Origin: Paraphysomonas bandaiensis
Taxonomy: Eukaryota; Protista; Chrysophyceae
Direction of reading: 5' to 3'
DNA: 64,000 nucleotides
NCBI GenBank assembly: GCA_965644295.1
Contig: CBFFRP010000215.1
Span: 95,532 to 159,531, forward strand
Shown here: piece after piece, positions 26,643 to 39,400 of the stretch
Position numbering within the stretch: the first letter of the stretch is position 1
Layout of the letters: the number at the start of each line of letters is the position of its first letter
Translations under genes and position numbers: made by a program
The notes under the pieces: generated by a model
Told to the model about the DNA's origin: nothing
Database searches by the model: none
Seen by the model: only the letters and a program-made list of their open reading frames with translations

Positions 26643-27518
26643 ATGGAGTTCCGTGAGACCGACCAGGTTTGAGTGTCATGTAGTCTTTTTTGTCATTGTG
26701 TTATTATTGTTTGCGTGTGTTAGACCGAGAAGGCCTACCAGAAGCAGGATGCCATTTTCATTGGCAGAAAGCGCGCTTTGGGCAAGAAGACCCGCAAGGT
26801 ATTAATTTATGTACCGTTACATTAATTAATGTCTGATGCAACGTATTTAATATTTCAGGGTATGAGATACTTCAAGTCCATTGGGCTTGGGTTCAAGACC
26901 CCTAAGTCTGCCATTGAGGGCACCTACGTTGACAAGAAATGCCCCTTCACTGGAAATGTGTCTATCCGTGGCCGTATCCTTAAGGGAATTGTTATTTCCA
27001 ACAAAATGAAGAGAACCATTGTTATCCGCCGTGATTACCTTCAATACGTCAAGAAATACAGAAGGTGTGTATATGTGTGTGGCTACTTGTTGTGGAACAG
27101 AAGGGGTTCAAGCTCTTAGTATGTATTCCCCAGAGAGAACTATATAGCGCTTGTTTCATGATTGCACATTTTTCATTGTGTTTCTTTTTGTTCTTTGTTT
27201 ATTGCGATTGAAAATATTAGTCACCATTCCGCAAATTTTTCGTATTAGTTTGATCGTGTCTTACATATAATGTGTATTTAGATTCGAGAAGAGGCACTCT
27301 AACATGTCCGTTCACTGCTCTCCTTGCTTCCAGAACGTCACTGAGGGAGATGTTGTGACTGTCGGTCAGTGCAGACCTCTTGCGAAGACAGTTAAGTTCA
27401 ACGTCCTCGACCACCAGCCTACTGCCAACAAGGTTAGTGAAACACCTCAAACAGCTTTAACAATTAACTGTATATTTTGCAGTCTCAGAACGTTAAGAAA
27501 ATCTTCCGTGTGTTTTAA
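26643..27518 (+). CDS. RPS11: 40S ribosomal protein S11 (uS17), 5 exons
   Basis: TEKAYQKQ...[33 protein letters not shown]...[17 protein letters not shown]...[15 protein letters not shown]. Exons 26643-26666, 26724-26798, 26859-27064, 27282-27432, 27483-27518. Confidence 0.97.
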
Positions 27519-27813
27519 TTGTACACAATGCCAAATTCATCGGCGGTCAACTCAGCGACTAATAAATAGCCAATTTACTTCCTATATTATATCTTTTTTT
27601 ATACCGTTGCAGCTTTGTGAACGGTAGTGTTTTAGTAATCCCCCCCCCACATCATGGCTATGCTTGGTTTAATGTACGAACAACATGTTATATAATTTTA
27701 ACCGGAGCGTGTAAAGCGTATGCATATATAACCCTATATAGTACTGATTACTGATGCTAGAGCTAATATTACGACTGTGAAATGAATACTATGTAACAAT
27801 AACTATTACAAAC

Positions 27814-28270
27814 CAGGGCCTGGCAATCATTAATGGTAAGGCCATTATTCTATTAATGATTAAAGGCCATTCGGCATTGGTAATTAAGTATAGAGAATTA
27901 AAATGCCAGTTTGCCCTCATCCGACAGAAGTGCTGGAACTGAGTTTGCACATCTGGACAACGCTGAGGTCACCACGAGAGGTCGACTTCGTACTTGGTAC
28001 CTAGGAGTCCAACTACCGCTGCTTGCAAAGTTGATTAAGAAATCTAAGCGTAAAAACATGTATCCATATCATCTGGAACCATTGTTATTCCTACTAGCCA
28101 GTTACATGTTGTTGTGGGATGCCCTCCATGAAGCCCTGTAAGTAGATCCTGATGTTCCAGTGGAGAGCGAGAAGCAAGTAGTTACCATTCCTAGTTTGTT
28201 ATTACATTGGTTTAGTAATTAAGGGAGCACCACAATATCTACTTAGGTATTAATGGACCATTAATGGGAC
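27814..28270 (+). mobile_element. Decayed hAT-like transposon, copy B (TIR plus C-terminal dimerisation-domain remnant)
   Basis: Starts CAGGGCCTGGCAATCATTAATGG. Remnant AKLIKKSKRKNMYPYHLEPLLFLLASYMLLW. 28124-28240 is homologous to the reverse complement of ~34600-34720. CCATTAATGG motif near 28258. Confidence 0.62.
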
Positions 28271-28394
28271 ATTTTTAATTATTTCAAACATTACGAATCA
28301 GGTATTTCAATTCTCCAGTATGTTTTATTTTTCTGGCTCTAAGTTTCTGCTGATAACAAGCAAAGTTGCCACAATTATCCTGAAAACTGAAAAC

Positions 28395-28460
28395 CAGGGC
28401 TTGGTAACCAATAATGTCCCACTAATGGTATTCCAGTTCCCGGCAATTATAATGGCATTC
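28395..28460. mobile_element. Terminal fragment or MITE of the same hAT-like family
   Basis: CAGGGCTTGGTAACCAATAATG...CCAGTTCCCGGCAATTATAATGGC, collinear with 34407-34465. Confidence 0.6.
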
Positions 28461-29323
28461 AGCACTTATGTACTACGCCATATATATATAGTTCACAACA
28501 CAACCAATATATAACGGCAAAAGGCAACACAAACTCTGATGTAATCTTTCAAATTTCACATTTTTATATACTTATACCAACATAATCTGAATTGTCTGTC
28601 GAAGTGCACGGCGAATACTCCACGCGACAATTATCAATAATCATAACTAGAAATAAATCTGGATACTCTTATATATTGTATATTCAAATCATATCATGAA
28701 TAAGGGCCATTTCTTGTACAGAAAATCGTTTAGAAATTCCAAATGTTATAATGACATCTTCTGAAGACGCTACGCTACATTCCTTAAATTGACCATGCCA
28801 TATAACATGGTCTTTGGAATGTATCCACTTGATATAACAACTATACCGTGAGTGCAGTATATGTTGAACCTAGTATCGAACTTGATTTTAAAAGTTTCAC
28901 GTTAAACGCAAGTGTGAGTTGCATAGAAGTACGAATGAATGCAAGCAATGTTACTGAAATATACCATCTCGTGCGAGAATCACCCAAGTAAAAACAATTG
29001 TACATTTATCTTCCTCTCTTCCGCCACTGATACATAGGTTTCCACTGATACAAAGACACGACAGCACTAACTGCTCACATAAAGATAGAAGCGAACAAAA
29101 ATAGGATCATTAGCACTGAAGAAACACCCCCACTATCCCTTACCAGTAATGCCTTCTGTAAAACATTAGAAGACAGAGGCTCATATATATCGGCCACATT
29201 ATCATATGTTCGGTTTAATCATGTCTAACAACATCTAGCTGCTTCAGAACACTATGAACTATTGAGTGATCTGCAAAATCCAGCCATATCCTCCGTCGAA
29301 ATCTTTTTTGTACTCTTTTAGGG

Positions 29324-30043
29324 TATGTATGTACATGTACAGTATATGTTGTATGTATGTATGTACATGTATGTATGTATGTATGTATGTATGTATGTAT
29401 GTATGTATGTATGTATGTATGTATGTATGTATGTATGTATGTATGTATGTATGTATGTATGTATGTATGTATGTATGTATGTATGTATGTATGTATGTAT
29501 GTATGTATGTATGTATGTATGTATGTATGTATGTATGTATGTATGTATGTATGTATGTACATGTATGTACATGTATGTATGTATGTATGTATGTATGTAT
29601 GTATGTATGTATGTATGTATGTATGTATGTATGTATGTATGTATGTATGTATGTATGTATGTTTGTTTGTTTGTATGTATGTATGTATGTATGTATGTAT
29701 GTATGTATGTATGTATGTATGTATGTATGTATGTATGTATGTATGTATGTATGTATGTATGTATGTATGTATGTATGTATGTATGTATGTATGTATGTAT
29801 GTATGTATGTATGTACATGTATGTATGTATGTATGTATGTATGTATGTATGTATGTATGTATGTATGTATGTATGTATGTATGTATATATGTATGCATGT
29901 ATGTATGTATGTATGTATGTATGTATGTATGTATGTATGTATGTATGTATGTATGTATGTATGTATGTATGTATGTATGTATGTATGTATGTATGTATGT
30001 ATGTATGTATGTATGTATGTATGTATGTATGTATGTATGTATG
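29324..30043. repeat. (TATG)n tetranucleotide microsatellite, ~720 bp
   Basis: Directly visible, with rare interruptions (TACA, TTTG x3, TATA, TGCA). It produces the spurious HTYI/MYVC ORFs. Confidence 0.98.
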
Positions 30044-30125
30044 TGTAGTTTCAGTTTCATGGCATGGAGGGAGTATTAAAGAAGTCGGGAGTCTTTCTAC
30101 TATACTATCAATATAGGGGCTCAAC

Positions 30126-31892
30126 ATGGCTAGCGTAAGTACAGAGGTATGGCAGTTTGTGGTCGAATGGTACGACCCCATGCCACAACTCAAGAAAAAG
30201 TTTATATTAAAATATTTCGTTGAGAAGCATTTGGTTGAAATGATCGATATAAAAAACAAGAAGGTATTCCTTAAGAAGTCTCCATGTCCGCCTGAAATAA
30301 CCCCAAATGATCTATTCATTGGCTCTAAAGTATTAATATTATCTAGAGAGTTAGATATTGTCGACTATGCGGACTCGTATACTAAATCTGTACTATGCAA
30401 ACAATTACAGCCATCTGTTGCCATTCTCTCATCTTCCTGTGCTTCGTATTGGGGTCGATTTTGTGATAAGATATCTTCAGTTGTTCAAGTGAAGAGTATT
30501 AGGACTGTGTTCATGTCAGATATGGCGGCCGAAGATACATGTAATATTTTAAATATACCTGCGCGAGTCAGGTGAGTTGATACCACTATTGTCTACTAGA
30601 TAGAGTATGAGTTTGATTATTATTCATAATACAGCTCCATGATAGAATAGCACCATAATATTTTGAAACATGAGTCGTACTTTGCGTGGAATGTATCTGT
30701 AAAATGACAATCTGTTTACTGGATGGATCCATAGGAGGGATTTGTTAGAAGGGACGTGCTTGATCATTAATATTCAAGGAGAAGACGGTGTACACAAACT
30801 CGAAACAATGTATGATGCTGTTTTTATGTGGAGCATAAGACCTGTGTTGGTTAACTCTCAGATCTATGTACCGTATTCTTTACCTCGCATGACTATCTTT
30901 ATGACTATAGTATTGCTATTCGTTATTCCTGAAGTTAACACAACACATAGATGTCACCAGTTGATGATGGACTTGAGCTTAAAGGACTCTCAATGTGTTA
31001 TCCCTAGTAATGGGAGTCAAGTTAATGATCTCACGGAATTATTCAATGGAGATGGTGCGTTGTTATGCTTGCTTTGAACTATATGCTATCTAGTATATGA
31101 TATGAATACACTATACGCCCAAGTACTTGCACTTCACAGTGATGGACTATGCTGATGGTTGTTGTTTATCTGTGGTGATGGTATTCAAATTTTCTCTAGG
31201 TGTTTCGGGTACTGCTACTCTTGACTCTTGTACTTGCTGTATCGTGAAACCACATGCGTTTAGAGCTGGGTGAGTTCACTTTGCTTGTTTTCACTGTCCA
31301 ACTCATATTTTTAAATTATTTATGTAGCTTAGCGGGGAAGATTTTGGACAGTATAATTTCTCAAGGCTATGAAATATCTGCTGCCGAGACTCTTCTGTTC
31401 GACAGACCATGTGCAGAGGAATTTCTGGAGGTCTATGATGGTATACACCAGTAACATTGTGCACGTAGATATCCTTACGTAATATGTAGGTGTTGTTCCC
31501 AATTATTCTGACCATGTTGTTGAGTTGGTTTCTGGGCCATGTCTGGCTCTGGAGATACGTGCTGAAGATGCTGTTAACACGTTTAGAGTCACTTGTGGAC
31601 CTTGGGATGTTAACATGGCAAAGGAACTTAGACCAGGTGTTGAATGAAATATATTGTAGTATTTCCAAAGGCTATTAAATGACACTTAATTGAAAATTCT
31701 GGAATATAATGTTTTAGTAGTCGTATACTGAATATCAGTGTGTTGATTCAAGTAATTTACGTTCATATAGGGACACTGCGAGCTGTATTTGGAAAAGATA
31801 ACATCCGCAATGCTGTACACTGTACTGATCTATCTGTGGATGGGGTTACAGAGTGTGAGTACTGCTTCAGGCTCATGGAAAGAAAGCTTTGA
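30126..31892 (+). CDS. NME7: Nucleoside diphosphate kinase 7 (DM10 plus two NDK-like domains; axonemal/centriolar)
   Basis: DM10 domain WQFVVEWYDP...VEMIDIKNKKVFLKK. NDK-B domain TCCIVKPHA, GKILDSI, AEEFLEVY, GPWDVNMAKELRPGTLRAVFGKDNIRNAVHCTDL, spread over short GT-AG exons. Confidence 0.92.
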
Positions 31893-32271
31893 AATAATAT
31901 ATTTCAATAGTAGCGAGCAAGAGTAGAACGTACAAAGGAAGTTCTGACATTGTGCAAAAATATTTGGATATAGTATAGTATGTTGGTTGAGCGTGTAGTA
32001 ACATTTCTACTAATATTTGGTATAATATTAATACATCTAGTACTAGTACATTCTCAGAGTGGAAGTAGTACGTATCAAGTGCTGTGCATAACAGGGGACG
32101 GCAACAATATATTGATTGGAGCGGCCATAAATTTAGATATTGTTGCTGCTAACGTAGTCACAATATATTACAATCAAAAAGTCATATACCGAAGCTTCTT
32201 AATAAGTCCATGTATATAAATACATATCCGGAAAAGGAGAAAAATTCTATTTTTTAAGTTTAATAGCTTTG

Positions 32272-32940
32272 ATGTTTAATAGCTGAAATGTGGAAATATT
32301 TACAGCTGTTTTTTGGAGTCCGGTTCAAGGTGAACTAAACAAGCACGAGTGCAAGATTTGTGACAACAAAATAGTAAGAATGGCTACAACAATTTGAAGA
32401 ATCATATATTAGGATTCATCATAATATAAGGTAGTATATAATGTTCAATGAAATATATCATGAACTGAATTAATGATATATAGTTGAAGATATTTGATCG
32501 TCATCATAATGATCGTCGTGGTCAGTTATACTTCTTCTAACTATTCTGCTGTGAATGATAGTTATATTCTTTCCTATAATATGTGCATTACGTTCTAATA
32601 ATCACAACATTCTTCTTACTATTACTAAAAGCTAAAATCTGCATTTCACACACCATCACATGATGACTGGAGAGAAGTATTTATGGGCTGTATGCACCAA
32701 TATTTCCGTGGACACTTTCGTTATTCAACCTTCAGATAAAGCAAAGAAACTTTATGAGTGGGCAAGAGGAATTGTTGATGAGAATCTTTCAATTAGTTTC
32801 AGTGATAAGGGGGTAAGTATAAAGAAGTCTTGTTTGGGTAAATAACTGCAACTACACTTAAACGTATTATTGAGACAGTTGAAGCTGAAGGTACGTGATA
32901 TCATTAAATGGACAGTTGGTACACGGACTGAACTTGATAT
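32272..32940 (+). pseudogene. Decayed transposase N-terminus (BED-type zinc finger, hAT-like)
   Basis: HECKICDNK..(frameshift)..NGYNNLKNHI and PSDKAKKLYEWARGIVDENLSISFSD resemble the N-terminal region of stramenopile hAT-like transposases; multiple stops. Confidence 0.5.
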
Positions 32941-34406
32941 ATAGTACACTCAACGCTTGAAATTATAAATTAAGATCAACAACACTATCATTCATTGTCA
33001 TTCGACAAATTCATGCTGTCGCAAGTACTAATCATTTTTATACGATTTTAGATATATCACGATTTTATACAGCCAATAGTAAATACATTCAGCTTTACAA
33101 TTGTAATATAATCACTATCATAGCATTATTCTTATAATAATACAGTTCACCATTGATGTATTTTAGTATTCTACGAGTAGCGGTAAGATTCGAATACCTT
33201 AGAACTACAGCATTTGATTGCTTACAAAACAGATAATGGGTCAGAGGATGAATACGAGGAAAATTGTGATTAATTAAGCAGTAGACTCTTTGCTTGCGTA
33301 GTGAGTAGTGGGTTTGATATTGTAAACGATTATCACTGTATGAATGAATCCACGCCTGTGTGTACTCACTGACTAATTTCAAAGTTTGACATTACATGAG
33401 AAGTATTAACTTAACAACAGAAGGAACTTATACTTTATACTCAATGCTAGAATTATAAATTATAATCAATCAATTTCTCTTATCATTCATCAATTTCGTG
33501 TTGTCTCTACTCTCTACTACCACTCATTTCACGTACGATCTTACTTCGTCACTACAACTTGCATATCGTCACTATATTCCGTTTTACCACTATATACTAT
33601 ACTCAATATACTTATCGTCATTTATTCTCACAGTACGATTAACAAGACTACAACTGTATACAACTGTTATTTAAATCCCTTATAACTACAGCTTTCAATT
33701 GCTCTCATCATATATAACAGAAATCAACAACTAAAACACTAACATATTACAATAGTATTGTTTGGCCGGTCTCATATCTCCATGATGATCAATATTATTG
33801 ATAGAACTCTATTTAACAATAGTATTGCCTAGAAGTTGATGAAGAAACCTGGAGAAACGCTCTAAAACTGGTGAAATTTTGAAAATGTCGATTTATATTG
33901 AGTTTTTGATGCTTTTTGCAATAAATACTGCAGTAGGTGTGAAGGGAACATGTTTTTAAAGACATTTAATAAGTTTTATATTAGTTACAGGCCAAAAATG
34001 TGAGAATGTAACGGCTACACTATACATGATATATGCGTACTATAGTGCTGTGTATCTATGTATAGCAAAGTTCTGATGGCTAATCAAGCGATAATCAACA
34101 GAACTTCTGGCACATTCACTAGTAATAATAGATGCAGAATCAACTGCATCTATATCTACCCACCACTCCTTTTAGTGGGTTTCTCATTATAACCCCACCT
34201 CGGAGTACTGTCACTATTACTGGAAGGGATATGAGGCTTGCCCTAGTGGGCTACATTCAATATTAGGTACATTACACAAACAATCATAATCTTGCGATCT
34301 GATATGTCTGATAGCACTACAGTGGATGATATTTGCAACCCTGTTAGACAGTCCACACTGACTCTTACGTTGCAAACGACTTATAATGTTCTCCATATAC
34401 CCGTGC

Positions 34407-34506
34407 GCCTGGTAACCGTTAATGGCCCATTAATGGTAGTCCAATTCCCGGCAATTATAATGGCCGTTAATGGCCATTAATGGGCCATTAATGGTTACCA
34501 GGCCCT
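34407..34506. mobile_element. ~100-bp palindromic mini-element (MITE) of the hAT-like family
   Basis: GCCTGGTAACCGTTAATGGCCCATTAATGG ... CCATTAATGGGCCATTAATGGTTACCAGGCCCT: about 30-bp inverted ends around a short core. Confidence 0.7.
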
Positions 34507-34544
34507 CTGGGATAGGCAATACTATTATTGCAATACTATTGTTT

Positions 34545-36014
34545 TTAATGGCCATTAATACCTACTAACTTAAAGTAGATAATACCGCTCATATATAATA
34601 GATAGTGTGGTGCTCCCTTAATTGCTAATATTTAATTAATAGCAGACTACGAATTGTAACTACTTTTCTTGCTCTCTACTGACACATCAGGATCTTCTTG
34701 GAGAGCTTCATGGAGGGCATAAACATTCCACAACATGTAATTGGCTCGTAGGAATAGCAACGATTCTAGACGGTATATAGAATCATGTTTCTACACTCAG
34801 GTGTGATAATCAACTTTGCATGACCTAAGAGCCTCTCAACAACATTAGATTGTGCTTCAATATATAAGAAGCAAGCAGGGGTAGTTAGACTCATAGGTAC
34901 CAAGTCGAGCTCTCTTGGTGACCTCGGCGCTCTACAGAACACGCTGTGCAAAACCAGTTCCTTCACTCTCGTTCTCGTTATTTCTGTCGGGTGCACCAAA
35001 ATCAATGGATGAATTCCAGTTGCAGATCTCTATAACTGCTCTTCTCTCATTTTGCTTGTCAACTCTCTTTCGTCGTTCCCTTGAATTTTAGCCACTGACT
35101 TCTCAAAATTTGCACTAGCAACAATGCTTGCATTCAAGGAAAGGTATGAATGCAGCTCTGGAAATTCTTGTAGCAGTATATCAAATAACTGGTGGTGGGC
35201 TTGTTACAAATTGGCTCCATCTCTTTGTAAGGCGAGCCTAACACTCTGTACATTTCAAGTTGCGTCAAATATTGTTTTAGCTTTCGAAAGTTCGCTGGAG
35301 TTAGATACTTTCTTTCTTTCTTAGAAAAGATAATAAATCGCCCCCGTGAAGTCTTTCATTTCCCAAAATTCTCTCGAGTTCCTCGCGCCAAGAAAAATCC
35401 GCATGTTCGGTGCCCTATATGATTCACACAAGTCGTGTAACCTCGCTGTATATCTTGTTTTAAGGCGATCATTGCACACGAACAAATATGATTCAGAGCA
35501 CTGAGAGGATTCTCTGAATCCACGCGGAAGAACAATCAGACTGTAAATTATACTCTCACCATCGTTGCATAATATATATATACATACATACATGGTATGG
35601 TATATATATACAGAGTATACTTGCTTTGCTGAGCTTCTTTCAACTTTGGGGAAAAATTGTGATTTTATGAATGTTTTAGGTGAAATATGCAAATATGCAT
35701 ATTCTCAATGATTATTTTAGAGTTTTTGGGTATATGGGTACGTTCCTATGAATATTTCTTAGGACACTATTCTCTAACTCTAGAATGCATTGAGAAGACA
35801 ATGAACATGTTGTCTAGTGTTGTTTAGAGGTTCTTCGTAGTATAGAGGAGATACTATATTCTATATTACGTTAAAGACACTCAGTTCTATATATAGCAGT
35901 ACAGGTCATTAATGGGATGCCATTAATGGTAGTCCGGTTCCTGGCAATTATAATGGCATTACCATTAATGCCATTACCATTAATGCCATTACCATTAACG
36001 GTTACTAGGCCCTG
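34545..36014 (-). mobile_element. Decayed hAT-like transposon, copy C, reverse orientation
   Basis: Right end GTTACTAGGCCCTG (reverse complement CAGGGCCTAGTAAC) preceded by CCATTAATG arrays (35905-36000). Minus-strand remnant SNVVERLLGHAKLIITPECRNM (hAT dimerisation signature S-x-x-x-ER-x-FS) and NFEKSVAKIQG. Unrelated sequence occupies about 35310-35900. Confidence 0.65.
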
Positions 36015-36415
36015 GCCTAGCTCCGGTGTATAGCGTATAGCATCGCATGTGATTAGTATGGTCATAGCTTTCATATTAAAGACAACGCTTCATTCTTACA
36101 AAAACAACAACAGTCATCTCCACTTTGAAGTTCGTTCACAGCTTGCCTCAGTCGAATGTTAAAAAACTTTCGCTTCCATTACAATTAAATAATAGCTTAA
36201 CCATATCCTACCAACACTTGTTTTCACTGACGTAAACTACATAATCAATCAATCCATTCATTATGCTATGCAGCACCTACATCTCGCGGTATTTGTCACG
36301 CCAGCATCTACATATCCTATCAATACATTAGAAGTTAGAAGATGTACATACTAAATATGCAGCTGATGTATTTATCACTAATCACAAAACAATGTTCGTA
36401 AATAATTCGTGTGTA

Positions 36416-39400
36416 TCACACTGCGACACTTACATCTTGCATCATACTTCTGACATTTGTGTACACTTTGGACGCTGATAACTCTCGAGATTTAAGGTTT
36501 GCAGAAAAGCTTCCACATTCCGAGTCACCAGATGAGGAGTCGTCGCTTGAACTCGATGAATATACAGCAGCCTCAACATCTGACGAATTACAAGATGTTT
36601 TAACCGGAGAATTTACTACAGCATTTTCTGGCACAGCATCGGTGTTATCCTTCTGTGAAGAATATTTCGGCAATTTGCGTCGGGATTCTTTTGACACTTT
36701 TTCGTAGCTCTTTTCAGGTAACCATTTCGTAAACTGTTGCTTCAATTTGTCCATCTGCAGTTCGCTTCCAGATGCTTTCTTATATGCCATAAATATAACA
36801 ATCGTGCAAACAGCAGCTAATACAACAAATCCTGTCACAGACAAGACAGTAAAAGTTTCTTGAATAGCCTCAGCTGATGCATCATTAGCTGAGAAGCTAC
36901 TGCTCCTTTCGTCTGCAAAGTCAGTCACTTTCAACGGAGTTGGATAATGGGCAAGTAGTTCCTGCTTTGATCCTACGAACTTAACATCTGCAATACGCAC
37001 AGATTGGATACCATGGAAAGCACTGAGAACTTCTTCTGATACAAGGCCCTAAAACACGAGTGAGGTAATATCACTTAATACATGATCAGGACACTAACCT
37101 GAAACAGCTTCTTCCCATAGCTATCGGTATTCTGTAAGATATTGTTTTGCAAGTTGACAAGTACGTCGTTGTCTCCAAAGTCAATGTGGTGCAAAGCATT
37201 GGCACTGAATCCGACTTCTACTTTCATATATATCTATACTCATGCATTAGACGTATATAATGACATCAGAAGCTGAATGCGCACACAATTCATTTCCAAA
37301 TAATCGTGATGCATATAGAAGTACCTGTCCGGCCCCATGCGATGTCCATAACAGCTTCACATGGTCGGAATCTACCCCTTTGAAAGATGAAGCAAAAGCA
37401 TTCGACAGCATTTCGTGCTCTGTTTTTCCGAGGGAGGTATCCGCCACACCAACCAGCCATATATCAAATTGTGCGAGCTCCACAATGTCAACTTCATTTT
37501 TGCAGTAGAAATCTTGTGTTATGTCGGACATGATCACGCAATCACCTTCCGCAATGCGAATATTCAGCTGAGTCTGAGCCGAAATTTCATTTGCCGCTCT
37601 ACAGTATCTAAATGTGTTCGTCGCAACATTTACATCCAAACCTCCACCAACACGCACAATGTAATCTCCATCAGGTAGGTCCTCCCAACATTGCTTAGTA
37701 GTGGCTTCATTTGGACACATGGTACCTACAGCGAGAAGTCTGTGGGCCTTACTATCTGAAATGTAGTAGCTGGTTCCTTTATGTTGTTCTTCAAACCACT
37801 CCAAGCCAGCGGCTGAGGTCAGCGACATCCACTGCCATGGTGCTGACAAGTCATCATCTACTTCAATAGTTGGTGCCGGAGAAATTGTAGGGGCAACTGT
37901 GCTATCTTTTCCTTTGAGTGATCGAATGGAAGATGTTGCGACAGGTCTCTCAGGACAAACTTTGCACGTAATATTATTCGGAAGGGTATGCGCAATTCGT
38001 CGTGGGATAAAGTGTGTAACTTCCGAATCCCAATGGAAATCCATTGTGGTGTCCCTAAAAGTGGAGAATTAAATGTCATTCTACTAGGAAAAGCAACGTG
38101 CTGCTTCAACAACACAACGCAATACGCACGCTCAGTGATACGTCAAAATTCCATGAATTGAACCTTAGTCATGCATGCTTCACTTACCAGTTTCCTGTGT
38201 ACCAAACGCCAGAGCCTTCGTCGAACACTCTCCATATGATCTCCCAGAAGAACTTCGCTTTCTTTCCGTCTGGTATTGAAAACTTGTAGAGACCGCTGTC
38301 ACCTTCGTTGGCAGGACAATATCTGAACTGATGAGGATTGCCAGTATCACATCGCTAAACAAGAAAAATAGATTTAAAACGGCTTCAGTAGAGCAAATGC
38401 AAAAAACAAATTGCGGGATCATGCAACGTATACAGAACAAATTCATTGCATCATGTACAGAACGTTGTAAATTGCTTTGAGATACCTGATAAAAGAAGTC
38501 CTTTTCACCCGTGGGGGTCTCAACAACAAGCTGAGCCGTATCCCATCCGTCACCAAAATGATCCTCTACAGAAATAATCAAGCAATCCCACGTATTACTC
38601 TGGGTATATATCGTCAAGGCTGATGTTCCACCCATAAAAATTGTGTCGTCATGTAAATCGATATCGAAAGTGTCTACAACGGGTCTAGTAATAATTTGTT
38701 GTAATGACCATTTGCCAGAAAGGGAAGTTCGTTCGAATACGTACGACTCTTGGGTTCCACCAATACCGTTGCCTACTACCATACGGTTACCGTCTAAAGA
38801 GACCACTGAACCAAATCCGTCGTCCACTGTTTGAGCAGGGGCATACAGAACCTTCAAATCAATGGAATTTAGATATAAGACGACGTAAACAAAGAGGAAG
38901 GCATATGCACCTGCTGAAGAGACCATTGAACAGGGGGCGGCTTCGGCTTCCCAAACCTCTTGGTGTTGGGATAAAATACGTGTACTGCTCCAACCTCATC
39001 CGAAGTGAATTTGGCGGTAGCATCCTCATACCCTGCACATATATTCAGCATTTTGTTGACATATGAGAAAAATGCATATATTAGACGTCGCAGAGTAGAA
39101 TAAATCAATTTCATGTACTCTACATACGATGTATCACAAACATACCGATTACAATAGTCTCATCATAGAGGTCAAGGTCAGAGATGTTGAAAGAATTGGA
39201 CAAAGTCTGCACAAAATTTTAGTCCTGCTTAATAAGATAGACTAATATATCCCTAAATATATATATAGTAAGCACATTTTTTGACTTAAATACCTGCTGC
39301 TGTGTCCATTTTCCATCTGGCTTCTCGAAGAATATCACTGCATTTTTCGTAATCCCGGTCCCGGCCTCAGGTGTTTCGTAGTCGGCTACCAAAAGTTTGT

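Noticed and set aside
28560-29320. Possible decayed coding sequence on the minus strand (DFDGGYGWI..., GITGKDSGG)
   Set aside because: It has many stops and no recognisable family, so it cannot be supported.
29215-30319. Long HTYI/MYVC repeat ORFs
   Set aside because: They are translation artefacts of the stop-free (TATG)n microsatellite.
33750-34545. CAATAGTATTG / CAATACTATTG motifs suggesting a third TIR family
   Set aside because: The matches are short, AT-rich and degenerate, and element boundaries and TSDs could not be defined.
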